This document shows, piece by piece, positions 16,072-25,522 of a stretch of 48,954 nucleotides of DNA. The stretch covers positions 1 to 48,954 of the IMG/VR virus record IMGVR_UViG_3300048856_000133; one strand, given 5' to 3'. The translations under genes were made by a program, and so were the position numbers. A model generated the notes under the pieces. That model saw only the letters and a program-made list of their open reading frames with translations, was not told the DNA's origin and ran no database searches. The DNA comes from a virus (Duplodnaviria; Caudoviricetes). Each line of letters starts with the position of its first letter. Positions within the stretch are counted from its first letter, which is position 1.

Positions 16072-19000
16072 TGCGCATCAGCTCCTGTCGCTGTTCGTCG
16101 AGCTTCTGCTTCAGCGCCTCTTTCGATCCGGGGATCTCGGGAGGAGCGAGGAAGTTGTCCAGCGACTGTTCGCGGCTGTCACCGCTGCTCTTGCCTTCGG
16201 GGCTGAACACGTCAGACAACGCGCGGCCCGTGGTTGCAGCCGCGCCGCCAACGCCTTCCTGTACCTGTTGGCCGAACTGTTCGGCACGGGCGCGGGCATC
16301 TTCTTCCGCAGCGCGCGCCGCTTCGGCTTCTTGCATGGCGACGTCGCGCATGGCTTGGTCCTTGGCCTTGACCTGCTCCGGCGGCATGGCCCAGAAGCCA
16401 GGAGCCTGATCGACCACCGTCTGGCCATCGACCTCGCGTGTGTAGAACAGGCGATACCGCGGCGGGCGCCCGGCCCGCACGTCGGCCGCGGTCGCAGCAT
16501 CGGGGCGCAGGACGATCTTCGAGATTGGCGCCTGCGCCGCCCCGCCAGTACCCCCGGCAAGTGCCCCGTTCGCGACGCCACCGCTCTTCGACCGCGCGGT
16601 CGCCGCGGCCTCTGCTTCCTCTACCGAATTGAACCGAGGGAAAGCGGTTCCTTTGGCCTCGTAGCTCTGTGCGGCTTGACCAATGGCGTCTTCGTCCTCG
16701 CCCAGATCCACCCACCCGTTTGGCGACATCCAAAGCGACGGGACATTCATCCATTTCCCGTTGGCATCTTGAACCGTCGTGGTGACTTCCGTGCTCCACG
16801 ACCCGTCGCCGTTATCCCGATATTCGTTCGCGGCCAACGGACGAAGCGTGGTTAGGTCGGCATTCTCGGCTTTCGGCACTGCCGTACCCTGCGGCTTGTC
16901 TGCCACGACGCCAGCCAGCTCTGCGGCTGTCGCCATGGCGTCTTCTCGGATATAATCATAACCACCCTGCACGGACGGATAGAACTTCTCCGGCGGGTAC
17001 TTCATCATCTGGCTATCGCCAGTGACGGTCGAAACGCCCCACGTCTTGGAGAGCACCTTGGCAGCCCGCGCCTTGGCTTCCGCCTCATTGCCGCCGGTCG
17101 CGATGAACTCCTCCTTGAAGGCTTCGCGATAGTCGGACAGCAAGGCGTTCTGCGTCGAGGGGTCAGCACCAGCGCCCGGCTCTGAAGCCAGGATGCCGCC
17201 GTCGAAATGGTCCGTTATGTCGGAGACGCTGAGATCCTTGATGATCTTCTCGGCAGCCGGCGCAAGGATTTCCTCATTGCGCTTGAAGTCGGGCGAGCGC
17301 CGCTCCAGGAGCTTGCGCGCCGCGTCCTCGCCGGAGAACCCGCGGTCGTTCACCATGTGCTGGAACGAGGCGAGATCCTTCTGCAATTCGCCCGCGCCGG
17401 ACATCGTCTGGAAGGCCTTCGGGGCCATGTACTCGACACGCGCCGCGCTCTCCATCGCCGCCGCGATTTCCGCGGGCTTCTCAGAAAGGGTGGCGACGCG
17501 GATGTCGGCTTCCACTTTATCAGGGATGACGCCCGTGCGCGTAATGAATTCGTCCGTCGCCGCCCGTTTTACGTTCTCGGGCTGGGCGTCCAACTGCTCG
17601 GAGATCTTGTTGAAAACCTTGTTGGCGATGCCGGTCTCGGTCGAATCCAGCGGGTTGAGACCCGTCATGCCCCCGGCGAAATAGTCCTTGACGGCAAGAT
17701 CCGTCTCGCTCGCTTCCTTCTGCTGAGAACGGAAGGTGCGCAGGAGCGTCGCCGTGTCGTCGTCGTTGAAGCCGGCATCCAGAACGTCGATCTCGGACGC
17801 GACTTTGTTCGTGAGGATGTCGAGGCTGAACGAGTCGAGCGATGCCTTGTACTGCGCAACCTGCTGCGCCTCGGCCTGCTTCTGGAGCGACGCGACGGCC
17901 TGCTGCGCCTGCCCTGCCAGCTTCAGCCGCTCGGCGAAGGGGAGGTCGGCGAGGTTCGGATCGAGCTTGATGCCGGGAGCCGTCAGACCGCCGCCGACAG
18001 CCGCGTCGCCACGGCCAGCAAGGTGCGCGTCGATCGCACCCTTGGCCCAACCTGGGACGCTTTCGGCACGGTAGTTTGGCCCCCACGAGCGACGAGCGCC
18101 CATGTCGAGATGCACGGCGTTGTTGTAGACGCCGATGCCGGTGAAGCCCATGGCCGAGGCCATGCCGATCAGTTGCGTGCGCTCCTCGTTCGACAGGCTC
18201 GACACATCCACGTCGAGAGCATTGCCGTCAATGTGCTGCGAGCCCTTGGCGCCGCCAACGCGGGCGTTGCGCGCGGGATCGCGATGCCCGGAGTTTATTG
18301 GGAGCGCCCTGCCCCACTGGTTCTGCAGAGCCTGGAAGCGGTCGACGATGATGGGGCGGACGCCCGTCAGATCGGCCGCGCCGCCACCCTGTCCGATCAG
18401 CGGCAGGCTGCGGCCAGCCGGCGCAGTGGGGGCATCTGGTCCGGGAGTGCCATCGACCGCGGCGGCGATCATCTCGTCGGAATAGGCCTGGCTCGCCGAG
18501 CCGTGTTCCTGCTGAACAAGAGCACGCAGGAACCGCGCCGCGCCGGCCTTGTCGTTGAGGTTCAGATCCTCGTTCGGGTCGATACCCATGGACCGTGCGA
18601 TGTTCTCTGCGGCCTGCGTGTTGCCAGGCGTCCAGCCGCCATTGCCGGCGATCAGCTCGTTGGCCGTGACCTTGCCGCCGTCATACTTGCGCTTTGCCAA
18701 CTCGTACGCGGCGCGCATGCCGGCTTCGGGCGTCTCGAAGACGGACTGCGGGTCGCCCTGGTCGGTATTCTCGGACGGGCCGACGACGCCCTTGAAGCGG
18801 GTTCGCCCGACAAACTTGATGTTTCCCGGATTGTTGTTGCGCATACCGGCCGGGAGCGACCGGTCGCCATATCCCACCGCGGACGGCAGAGCGACGCCCA
18901 GAGAGCCAGCGAGGGCCGCGGGGTTGTCCTGTAGCTGGCGGGCCGCAAAGCTCGCCGAGAGGCCTTCCTTGACCTTCTGGCGCCACTCTTCCTTTTCGGC

Positions 19001-19561
19001 CTCGGGGAGGCCAGAGGCGTCGACAGAGCGGAGGGCTTCCTGCCGTGCAGCCTCGATCGCAGCCGGGTTGTTGAAGACCTGCTCCTGCCCGGTGCCGACA
19101 GCCTTGGTCAGCCCGTCGCGATACCACGAACTGCGCTGCTCGTATTCGAGCTTTGCCGAGTCCGCCGAGAATTGCGCCTGCTCGGTATCGAGAAGCGACT
19201 GCATCTTCGGCTTAAGGCGTTCCGGCACCGTGGCGAGGAATTCATCCCGGCGCTTCTGGAGGCTGGCGACCGACATGTCATGCAGGCCGAGGCCGCTGAC
19301 CGGGGTGTTCTTGGCGATCTCCTCGCGGTCACCATAGGCGGCGATCTTGAACTGCTGGAACTTCTGCGTCGTGTCGAAGTTCTCAACATCTTCCTGCTGC
19401 TGGCGAGCGCGTTCGGCCAGCATGCGCTGCTGGTCGGCCATGCCGCCGAGCGCGCTGCCAAGGCCCTGGAGCGCTTCGCCAACAGGAGAGGCGCCGGAAT
19501 AGGAGACAGGGCTACCCGTCTCCAGCCCGCGACCGGCTACCTGTAAAGGGATTCGTGCCAT
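16058..19561 (-). CDS. Internal virion protein with lysozyme-like and peptidase M15 domains
   Basis: MRNNNPGNIK...FETPEAGMRA; INSGHRDPARNARVGGAKGSQHIDGNALDV...VHLDM. Confidence 0.8.
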   Translation of the reverse strand: MARIPLQVAGRGLETGSPVSYSGASPVGEALQGLGSALGGMADQQRMLAERARQQQEDVENFDTTQKFQQFKIAAYGDREEIAKNTPVSGLGLHDMSVASLQKRRDEFLATVPERLKPKMQSLLDTEQAQFSADSAKLEYEQRSSWYRDGLTKAVGTGQEQVFNNPAAIEAARQEALRSVDASGLPEAEKEEWRQKVKEGLSASFAARQLQDNPAALAGSLGVALPSAVGYGDRSLPAGMRNNNPGNIKFVGRTRFKGVVGPSENTDQGDPQSVFETPEAGMRAAYELAKRKYDGGKVTANELIAGNGGWTPGNTQAAENIARSMGIDPNEDLNLNDKAGAARFLRALVQQEHGSASQAYSDEMIAAAVDGTPGPDAPTAPAGRSLPLIGQGGGAADLTGVRPIIVDRFQALQNQWGRALPINSGHRDPARNARVGGAKGSQHIDGNALDVDVSSLSNEERTQLIGMASAMGFTGIGVYNNAVHLDMGARRSWGPNYRAESVPGWAKGAIDAHLAGRGDAAVGGGLTAPGIKLDPNLADLPFAERLKLAGQAQQAVASLQKQAEAQQVAQYKASLDSFSLDILTNKVASEIDVLDAGFNDDDTATLLRTFRSQQKEASETDLAVKDYFAGGMTGLNPLDSTETGIANKVFNKISEQLDAQPENVKRAATDEFITRTGVIPDKVEADIRVATLSEKPAEIAAAMESAARVEYMAPKAFQTMSGAGELQKDLASFQHMVNDRGFSGEDAARKLLERRSPDFKRNEEILAPAAEKIIKDLSVSDITDHFDGGILASEPGAGADPSTQNALLSDYREAFKEEFIATGGNEAEAKARAAKVLSKTWGVSTVTGDSQMMKYPPEKFYPSVQGGYDYIREDAMATAAELAGVVADKPQGTAVPKAENADLTTLRPLAANEYRDNGDGSWSTEVTTTVQDANGKWMNVPSLWMSPNGWVDLGEDEDAIGQAAQSYEAKGTAFPRFNSVEEAEAAATARSKSGGVANGALAGGTGGAAQAPISKIVLRPDAATAADVRAGRPPRYRLFYTREVDGQTVVDQAPGFWAMPPEQVKAKDQAMRDVAMQEAEAARAAEEDARARAEQFGQQVQEGVGGAAATTGRALSDVFSPEGKSSGDSREQSLDNFLAPPEIPGSKEALKQKLDEQRQELMRNAPR

Positions 19562-19571
19562 TCAGGGCGCC

Positions 19572-20018
19572 TTACTTAAACGGGTTGCTGCCGAGCTTCG
19601 TCGCGCCCTGGATCAGCGAAGACCCGGCATTGATGAAGCTGGCCGTCTTCGCCTGCTTGCCCTGCTGGCGCGTGATTTCGGCTTGGGTGCGGAGGTTGTT
19701 CTGCTTGATGGTCGAGCCGTACTGGATCGCCTCAAGGTCAAGCTGCTGCTGGCCGACATTGGCGAGGAGCGCTTCGGTCGGCGAGCCCTGCAAGCCAACG
19801 CCAGAGGCGCCAACCTGCGCACGAGCCGCGGACTGCGCCAGTTGGTTCTGCCGGTCCTGCTGCATGACCTCGTAGCCGGCGGCTTTACGCTCGGCTTCGG
19901 CCTGCTGTTCCAGCGCGCGGGCCTGGGCCTGGGCGGCGGCGTTAGCCTGTTGGCCCTGGGCTATGGCGCCGGCAGCGCCGATCAGCGTGCTGGCAATGGT
20001 GAGGGCGACAACACACAT
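19572..20018 (-). CDS. Small internal virion protein, positionally equivalent to T7 gp14
   Basis: MC start, hydrophobic N-terminus, Q/A-rich, GASGVGLQGSP. Confidence 0.75.
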   Translation of the reverse strand: MCVVALTIASTLIGAAGAIAQGQQANAAAQAQARALEQQAEAERKAAGYEVMQQDRQNQLAQSAARAQVGASGVGLQGSPTEALLANVGQQQLDLEAIQYGSTIKQNNLRTQAEITRQQGKQAKTASFINAGSSLIQGATKLGSNPFK

Positions 20019-22223
20019 TCAGGGCTCTCCATCCATGGCAGGCACGATCGCGCGAATGGTGCAGGGGCCGGCGCCGGTATGGCGGATACGGACGCGCGCC
20101 TGCCCGGACCAGGAGTCGTCGACCGGGATCTGCACGTTGCCCGTGTAAAGCGTCATGACGTTTGACTTCGGCGCGATCGATGCCAGATTCGCCTTCTCCC
20201 ACCGGCCCTTGATGAGGGAACTGACCTCAAGCCCGGGAAGATCCGTTTCGAACAGCGAGAGGATGACGGCCATGACGCGCTTGCGGCGGCCAATGCGCGA
20301 GCCGTCCCTGCCTCCGACGTCAAGCTCCAGCGTGTCCGCCTCGGCTTCGTAGGGCAGGCCGACGAGGATGTTGGAGGCCGTCACGCCGCCAGGCAGCGTC
20401 ACCACGCCGGACACGATGGGTAGGCCCTCATACGTGATGCCATCGGCCAGAACGGTTACAGGACCGGACCCGAGATGCCCCATGCCAGACACGGCGTTGA
20501 CCGGGGTGCCAACATACCGAAGCGCGCTGTCGAGGCACCAGACGTCATTCACAGACCCGTATTCCATGGGGCTGGAAAGCATCTCGATATAGCGTCGAGA
20601 CCCGCGCTGGACCATCATCCAGACGTCGTCCACGCCATTGCGACCGGGCGTCACGGCGACGTTCTCGGTGCCGCCGCCGCCGCCCAACAGATGGCGGTGA
20701 AAGCCGCGGACTTCCTGATCACGCTGATAGGTGAAGCCCATCAACTCTTTGGAGCCGAGAGCACTCCAGGCGATCGAGTCGGGATATTCCTGATGGCTTA
20801 GGCAGGTGATGCCGCCGCCCTGCTTAGTGATATGCTCCGAGACCTGCGTCGCGTCGGCGGCTTCAAACCGGCCATTCTGCGCAGACTGCATTTCGGCAAG
20901 CACGCGGCCACCGGAGGCGACGTAGAGGGTCGCCTGCCCCGTGTTGACCGGAGCGATAGGCGAGCATCGGAAGGTCTTGGACGCGCGGTTCTTGAAGCTG
21001 CTGGGCGTCAGCGCTTCGTCGATGCCAGAGCCCGACAAGGCACGCACGCCGCCGATGGTGCCGACCGCCAGGAAGCCGTCGATGTCAGCCAGCCAAAGGA
21101 TCGTGTTGGCCTCGTTCCCAGCGAGCAGGAATTCGAGGGCGTCATCGTCCTTTTCGCCCGTGCGGAATGTCTCGAAATCGCCGGTCTTGGAGCAGTAGAC
21201 CGACAGATCCGAAGCGAAGCACAACCGCTCCTCGAAGATCGTCACCGCTACCGGATACTCCCCGGTGTTGAAGGCGCCGAAGCTCCAGAGGTAGGCCGGG
21301 TTGCCTGACCCAACAACCTGCTCAGGAAGGCGGGAAACGACCGTCCCCGTCACCACTGTCGAGCTGGTGAACCCCGTAATCCGCACCACGCCGAAGCCGG
21401 AATGGAGATAGCGCAGGTTCACGCCGACGTAGTTGCTCGTCCCGCCGTCATAGGTCCGCTGCCCGTCCTGCTCGACTCCCTTGGTGTGGGTCGGAGGCGT
21501 GTTGCCGAACTGCGTTCCGGGGTCAGCCTGATCCTCGATGCGGTAGACATTGCCGTCGTAGCGCGCATAGCCGTTCTGATTGCCGGGATCGATACGCGCC
21601 AACGGCTCCCATGGGGGAATGCCGCGATAGCTCTCCATCTCGATACGGAACAGCCGGCCCACATCCGACGCGGAGAAGATCCCGGAATTGGCCGTCACAG
21701 TCACGGCGCCCGTGATGGCCGAGGCGTAGACGGTCTTCGTCTCGTCGAAGTTCTGGCTTGCAAAAGGCCCGTCATCGAACTGGACGGTGCTAACGGTCCA
21801 AGTAGAGTTCGTCACGCGCGTGATCTTGCACGGCGGATAGTTCGGGTGCACCAGCCACATGACGTTGCCGGACTGGACGTACTGGAGCCGGGAGACATCC
21901 GCAGCATCCCAGATCGTGGCAAACTCGGTGACATATGCCCCGTAGGCGTAGACCCGCACGAAGAAATGCCCCATCTCCAGGAGATAGGCCTGCTCGCTGT
22001 TGAACTTGAACGGGATGCCGTAGGCGCGCCGGGCCTCATCGCGCTGCGGGGCGACATACATCGTGCCGCCGCGTTTGCGGATGCCGCCATGTGGCAGGGT
22101 GATGAAGTTGGAGCACTTCGACAGCCCGGCCCGGTACAGATCCAGTGACGCGCGCGCGTGCAGGCGAGGGCTGACCTCGCCGCGAACCATCGCATCCTGG
22201 ATCGGGTAAAGCGTCAACGCCAA
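20019..22223 (-). CDS. Tail nozzle / tail tubular protein B
   Basis: GEVSPRLHARASL...N...PHGGIRKRGG; beta-propeller-like; GLPYEA near the C-terminus. Confidence 0.85.
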   Translation of the reverse strand: MALTLYPIQDAMVRGEVSPRLHARASLDLYRAGLSKCSNFITLPHGGIRKRGGTMYVAPQRDEARRAYGIPFKFNSEQAYLLEMGHFFVRVYAYGAYVTEFATIWDAADVSRLQYVQSGNVMWLVHPNYPPCKITRVTNSTWTVSTVQFDDGPFASQNFDETKTVYASAITGAVTVTANSGIFSASDVGRLFRIEMESYRGIPPWEPLARIDPGNQNGYARYDGNVYRIEDQADPGTQFGNTPPTHTKGVEQDGQRTYDGGTSNYVGVNLRYLHSGFGVVRITGFTSSTVVTGTVVSRLPEQVVGSGNPAYLWSFGAFNTGEYPVAVTIFEERLCFASDLSVYCSKTGDFETFRTGEKDDDALEFLLAGNEANTILWLADIDGFLAVGTIGGVRALSGSGIDEALTPSSFKNRASKTFRCSPIAPVNTGQATLYVASGGRVLAEMQSAQNGRFEAADATQVSEHITKQGGGITCLSHQEYPDSIAWSALGSKELMGFTYQRDQEVRGFHRHLLGGGGGTENVAVTPGRNGVDDVWMMVQRGSRRYIEMLSSPMEYGSVNDVWCLDSALRYVGTPVNAVSGMGHLGSGPVTVLADGITYEGLPIVSGVVTLPGGVTASNILVGLPYEAEADTLELDVGGRDGSRIGRRKRVMAVILSLFETDLPGLEVSSLIKGRWEKANLASIAPKSNVMTLYTGNVQIPVDDSWSGQARVRIRHTGAGPCTIRAIVPAMDGEP

Positions 22224-22846
22224 CCACCATAACCGTGGCCGCTGGTGGCCTCACGGGACCAGCCAAAGCCGTCACCGCGCGCCTGCGACCATGTGCCGGA
22301 GACAGCCCGCCCGCGCTTCTGCACTGCGTTCACGCGCAGCGCCGAGCGGAGTGCGCGGTCATAGGCGGCCTGTGCAACCTCAATCATGCTCGCCTTGCCG
22401 GTGATGGCGTGAGCGATCTTGATGGCGAGGGCCGAGACGAGAACCTGGGTGAACAGGGCGTCCCAATCGCCGGGGTCGACGAGATTGCCGATGTAGCGAA
22501 TGCGGCGCGTGCCGCCCGACCGGGTGAGGATCGTGTCACCTTCGCGGCGCCAGTCGATCTCCTGTGTGTCGGGGTCATCCGATTCCGTCACCGGCAGCGG
22601 GCGCAGGCAATCCGGGGGAAGCTCGTAGGAATAGCCGTAGGACGCCCATCCCGTTTCCGCCGGCTCGATGTCGGCCGACAGAATGGAGAACACCCACTCA
22701 TGGCTCAGCAGCTCGGCCTCGCGCGTGACATCGAAATGCAGGCCGATCAGCCGCGCGTTCTTGTCGTCGTCGTCCAAGCTGTCGATCGGCGCTTCCGTGA
22801 GAAGACCAAGCGCCATGTTGGCGATATCGAGCGAGGTGTTTGCCAT
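22214..22846 (-). CDS. Tail adaptor / tail tubular protein A
   Basis: DIANMAL.LL...I.SLDD, H.W.F, YELPPDCLR, WDALF. Confidence 0.85.
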   Translation of the reverse strand: MANTSLDIANMALGLLTEAPIDSLDDDDKNARLIGLHFDVTREAELLSHEWVFSILSADIEPAETGWASYGYSYELPPDCLRPLPVTESDDPDTQEIDWRREGDTILTRSGGTRRIRYIGNLVDPGDWDALFTQVLVSALAIKIAHAITGKASMIEVAQAAYDRALRSALRVNAVQKRGRAVSGTWSQARGDGFGWSREATSGHGYGGWR

Positions 22847-22849
22847 GGA

Positions 22850-23071
22850 TCAGACCGGATTCGGTTGCACGAGAGGGCGAGACTTCTTCGCCTTGGGGCG
22901 GAAGCCAAGCGCGGTGCCCGTCCACGTAGCCACAGCTGGCGCGTGATAGGGGACAGCGGTGCCGATGATGTTGCGGTGCCGGGTGCGCATGACGGGCGCC
23001 TGCGGGGCCTCTGCGTCGACGTCGAGAGTTTTCGGCGGGCGCCCGCGGCGCTTCGGAATATCGGACATCAT
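22850..23071 (-). CDS. Small basic protein with an AT-hook-like KRRGRPPK
   Basis: GGAGG RBS; lies between the capsid and adaptor genes. Confidence 0.55.
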   Translation of the reverse strand: MMSDIPKRRGRPPKTLDVDAEAPQAPVMRTRHRNIIGTAVPYHAPAVATWTGTALGFRPKAKKSRPLVQPNPV

Positions 23072-23163
23072 GCCTCCAGATTGGCGCGGCGGCGACGACG
23101 CTGGCGATCGAGGTAGATGAGCAAGGCCCAGCGTTTCCACCGGCGAAAGCGTGGTCGCTTCAT
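23068..23163 (-). CDS. 31-aa arginine-rich peptide (not in the ORF track)
   Basis: AGGAG RBS; MKRPRFRRWKRWALLIYLDRQRRRRANLEA; ATGA overlap with the next gene. Confidence 0.5.
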   Translation of the reverse strand: MKRPRFRRWKRWALLIYLDRQRRRRRANLEA

Positions 23164-23179
23164 ATCGCGCTCTCCTGCA

Positions 23180-23213
23180 AAAGAAGGATGCGCGGGAGCC
23201 GAAGCCCCCGCGC
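23180..23213 (-). terminator. Hairpin/terminator after the major capsid gene
   Basis: Minus strand GCGCGGGGGC-TTCG-GCTCCCGCGC followed by a pyrimidine-rich tract. Confidence 0.6.
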
Positions 23214-23220
23214 GATTGCT

Positions 23221-24213
23221 TTAGGCCGGCTCGGTCGTGCGGATGGCGACGAACGGCGCGTTCTTCTTGTACTGCGTGGTACGGTTCCAGCTCGTCGCGG
23301 TGCCGAGTTCGGCATCGGTGGCGAACCGGCCCGCCGGGGTGCCGGTGTAGGAGAACGCCTTGACGTGCGGCACGAAATGCCGACGCGAGACGATCTCGGT
23401 CACGCCGCCACCGTGGCCCGCCCGCGGCTTGCGGTCGAACTCCAGCGGGCCGCCTTCGAGCATCACCGGAAGCTCAGCCCAGTGGATCGCGTTGTTCTTG
23501 AACATGTACGCCGTGTACTCGTTCGAGGTGACCGGGATGTCGTCGTCGGTGAGGACGCGGAGACCCTGGTAGTAGGGCAGCAGCATCGGCTTGGTGGAAT
23601 CCGGCGACGGCCGATAGTCGATCAGCTCCTGCTTGCGCAGCACCTTCATCTGCTTGGAGTGCATCCAGATGGTGGTGAAGTCGTCGGCGCGGTCTCCCAT
23701 GAGGTAGGCCGCGTCGATGATGTCCGTGTCGGCGATGGTCGTATTGGTGTCGAGCACCAGGTCGCCGCCGTCATTGGCCACGTTGTCGGCGATGATGCCC
23801 TTCAGCATGGCGAGGAGCGTCAGCTTGTGGGCGCGCTGCCAGTAGTTGGACTGGCGGCTGACGATGACGCGCTGCGGGTCGTCGCCCGCAATGATCTTCG
23901 TCAGATCCGCGACACCGAACGCCTGGGCGCGGATGTTGCGGGCCGCGTACTCGGTGCGCGACGTGATCTTCTTGACCTCGATGAGGTCGGTCGGATCGTC
24001 GTTGACGGGCTCCGAGGCGATGCCGGCGATGTCGTCCCACATCGGCATGGTGACGGCATAGCCGCCGTTCTCAAGCTGCGAGGTGATCTCGCTGTCCGAG
24101 TAGAGGACGCCGGCCTGGAAGATGTCCAGCTTGGTGACGTTCTCTTCGAACTGGTAGCGAGCCCAGACAGACGGGACGATCGAGTCTGCAAGGCGGGTAT
24201 AGGCGTCGGCCAT
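23221..24213 (-). CDS. Major capsid protein, SPP1 gp13-like family
   Basis: TRLADSIVPSVWARY...GG..VTMPMWDDIAG, DPQRVI...YWQR, MHS, RRHFVPHV; strongly biased codons. Confidence 0.85.
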   Translation of the reverse strand: MADAYTRLADSIVPSVWARYQFEENVTKLDIFQAGVLYSDSEITSQLENGGYAVTMPMWDDIAGIASEPVNDDPTDLIEVKKITSRTEYAARNIRAQAFGVADLTKIIAGDDPQRVIVSRQSNYWQRAHKLTLLAMLKGIIADNVANDGGDLVLDTNTTIADTDIIDAAYLMGDRADDFTTIWMHSKQMKVLRKQELIDYRPSPDSTKPMLLPYYQGLRVLTDDDIPVTSNEYTAYMFKNNAIHWAELPVMLEGGPLEFDRKPRAGHGGGVTEIVSRRHFVPHVKAFSYTGTPAGRFATDAELGTATSWNRTTQYKKNAPFVAIRTTEPA

Positions 24214-24257
24214 TTTCGTTCTCTTTCAAAGGCAGACGACGAGGCTGGCCCGCAGGC

Positions 24258-25157
24258 TCAAGCCGGAATGCCCCAATCGGAGGGCTTTTGGCCCGCCTCT
24301 CGGCATAGTCGTGCTGCTCGGGAAGGGTCGTTTTTGACGAGGGTTGAAATCGCCGTTGGGTTCAGCGAGCCCTTGGCGTCCTTGACGAACGGATTGCTCG
24401 CCACTGCCACGGGGTCGTTGCCGATCGTGTCTTCGCGGAACATGCTGTCACCGACTGCCGCCAGCGCTTTGGCCAGCTGCGGGTCGGTGATCGAGCCGTC
24501 CGGGAGAACCAGACCGCCACGCTTGAGAGAGTCTGCCAGTCCGAGGTTTTTGGCCGCCCGATCCATCAGCGCCTGCTTCGCCTTGAAGCCTTCGCTGTCG
24601 ACCGGACCCCATTCCTTCGTCAGATCCGCATGGGTAGACTCGACAGCCGCCGCCTGCGCCTGAAGCGCCGCCGTCTGCTGTTCCGCCATGTAGCCAGCGA
24701 ACTTGTCGTGAATGGCCTGCGCCTGCTTCGTGTTCAGCCCGGCTTCGTGCATCCAGTTCTTGGACGTCGTGGCCAGCTCGTCGGAATAGGGCAGATCCTC
24801 AGGCAGCCCCTCGGGCCGCTTGAACTCGTACTTGTCGGCGCTCTCAGGCGGACGCATGGCCTCGGGAAGCTTGGAATAGAACTTATCCCAGTCCTCTTTC
24901 GGCGCGTCCTCCTTGGGGACCGTCACCGCGCCGCCGAACTTCTGTTCGAGCGACTTGTAAGCGGTGGCCAGATCCTCCGGTGATTTGTAGCCCTTGGTTT
25001 CGACCCAACTCCGGGTGTCTTCGGAAAGACCGGAAAAGGGATCAGTCGTAACCGGCGCGGCAGACCCGTTGTCCGCACCAGTCGTCTGCGCTTCGGGGGT
25101 GCCCGCCGACACAGCCAGAGGCTCTGCCACGGACCCTTCGGTCGCGGAATCTGTCAT
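24258..25157 (-). CDS. Capsid scaffolding protein
   Basis: KGYKSPEDLATAYKSLE, RPPESADKYE, GLNTKQAQ, L.KEWG; directly upstream of the capsid gene. Confidence 0.8.
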   Translation of the reverse strand: MTDSATEGSVAEPLAVSAGTPEAQTTGADNGSAAPVTTDPFSGLSEDTRSWVETKGYKSPEDLATAYKSLEQKFGGAVTVPKEDAPKEDWDKFYSKLPEAMRPPESADKYEFKRPEGLPEDLPYSDELATTSKNWMHEAGLNTKQAQAIHDKFAGYMAEQQTAALQAQAAAVESTHADLTKEWGPVDSEGFKAKQALMDRAAKNLGLADSLKRGGLVLPDGSITDPQLAKALAAVGDSMFREDTIGNDPVAVASNPFVKDAKGSLNPTAISTLVKNDPSRAARLCREAGQKPSDWGIPA

Positions 25158-25180
25158 GATTGGTTGTCCTTGGTTGAGGT

Positions 25181-25522
25181 TTACCGCCCGGACTCTTCGC
25201 GGGCGGCCTTCTCCAGGGCGATCATTTGCTCATCGCTCATGCCCAGGAAATCCATGATGCGCCGAATGGGCTCTGCTCGTGCGGCATGTAAGGCGCAGTG
25301 AAGCTGGAACCCTTCGGGCGTCTTCGTCTTCAGCATCCACTCCGCGTAGTTCGGCGGGCGGAAGAATCCGGTTGCGTTCAGCAGATCGGCAAGGACGATG
25401 TCCCCGTCATCCCGTGTCGAGGTGCCGGTAAACAGCGCCTTGTATGCCTCGATGCGGCGAACATCCGCAGCCCTCGGCCCACGGGTTGAGCCGCGGGCCG
25501 TGGCGATCTTGCGGGCCGTCAC
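25181..25522 (-). CDS. Bbp19-like protein between portal and scaffold
   Basis: YKALF...DGDIVLADL motif and position. Confidence 0.65.
   Translation of the reverse strand: MTARKIATARGSTRGPRAADVRRIEAYKALFTGTSTRDDGDIVLADLLNATGFFRPPNYAEWMLKTKTPEGFQLHCALHAARAEPIRRIMDFLGMSDEQMIALEKAAREESGR

Noticed and set aside
7874-18934. Long plus-strand ORFs (7874-9376, 9700-11370, 13723-15177, 17207-18934)
   Set aside because: Antisense shadows of GC-rich structural genes with no recognisable motifs
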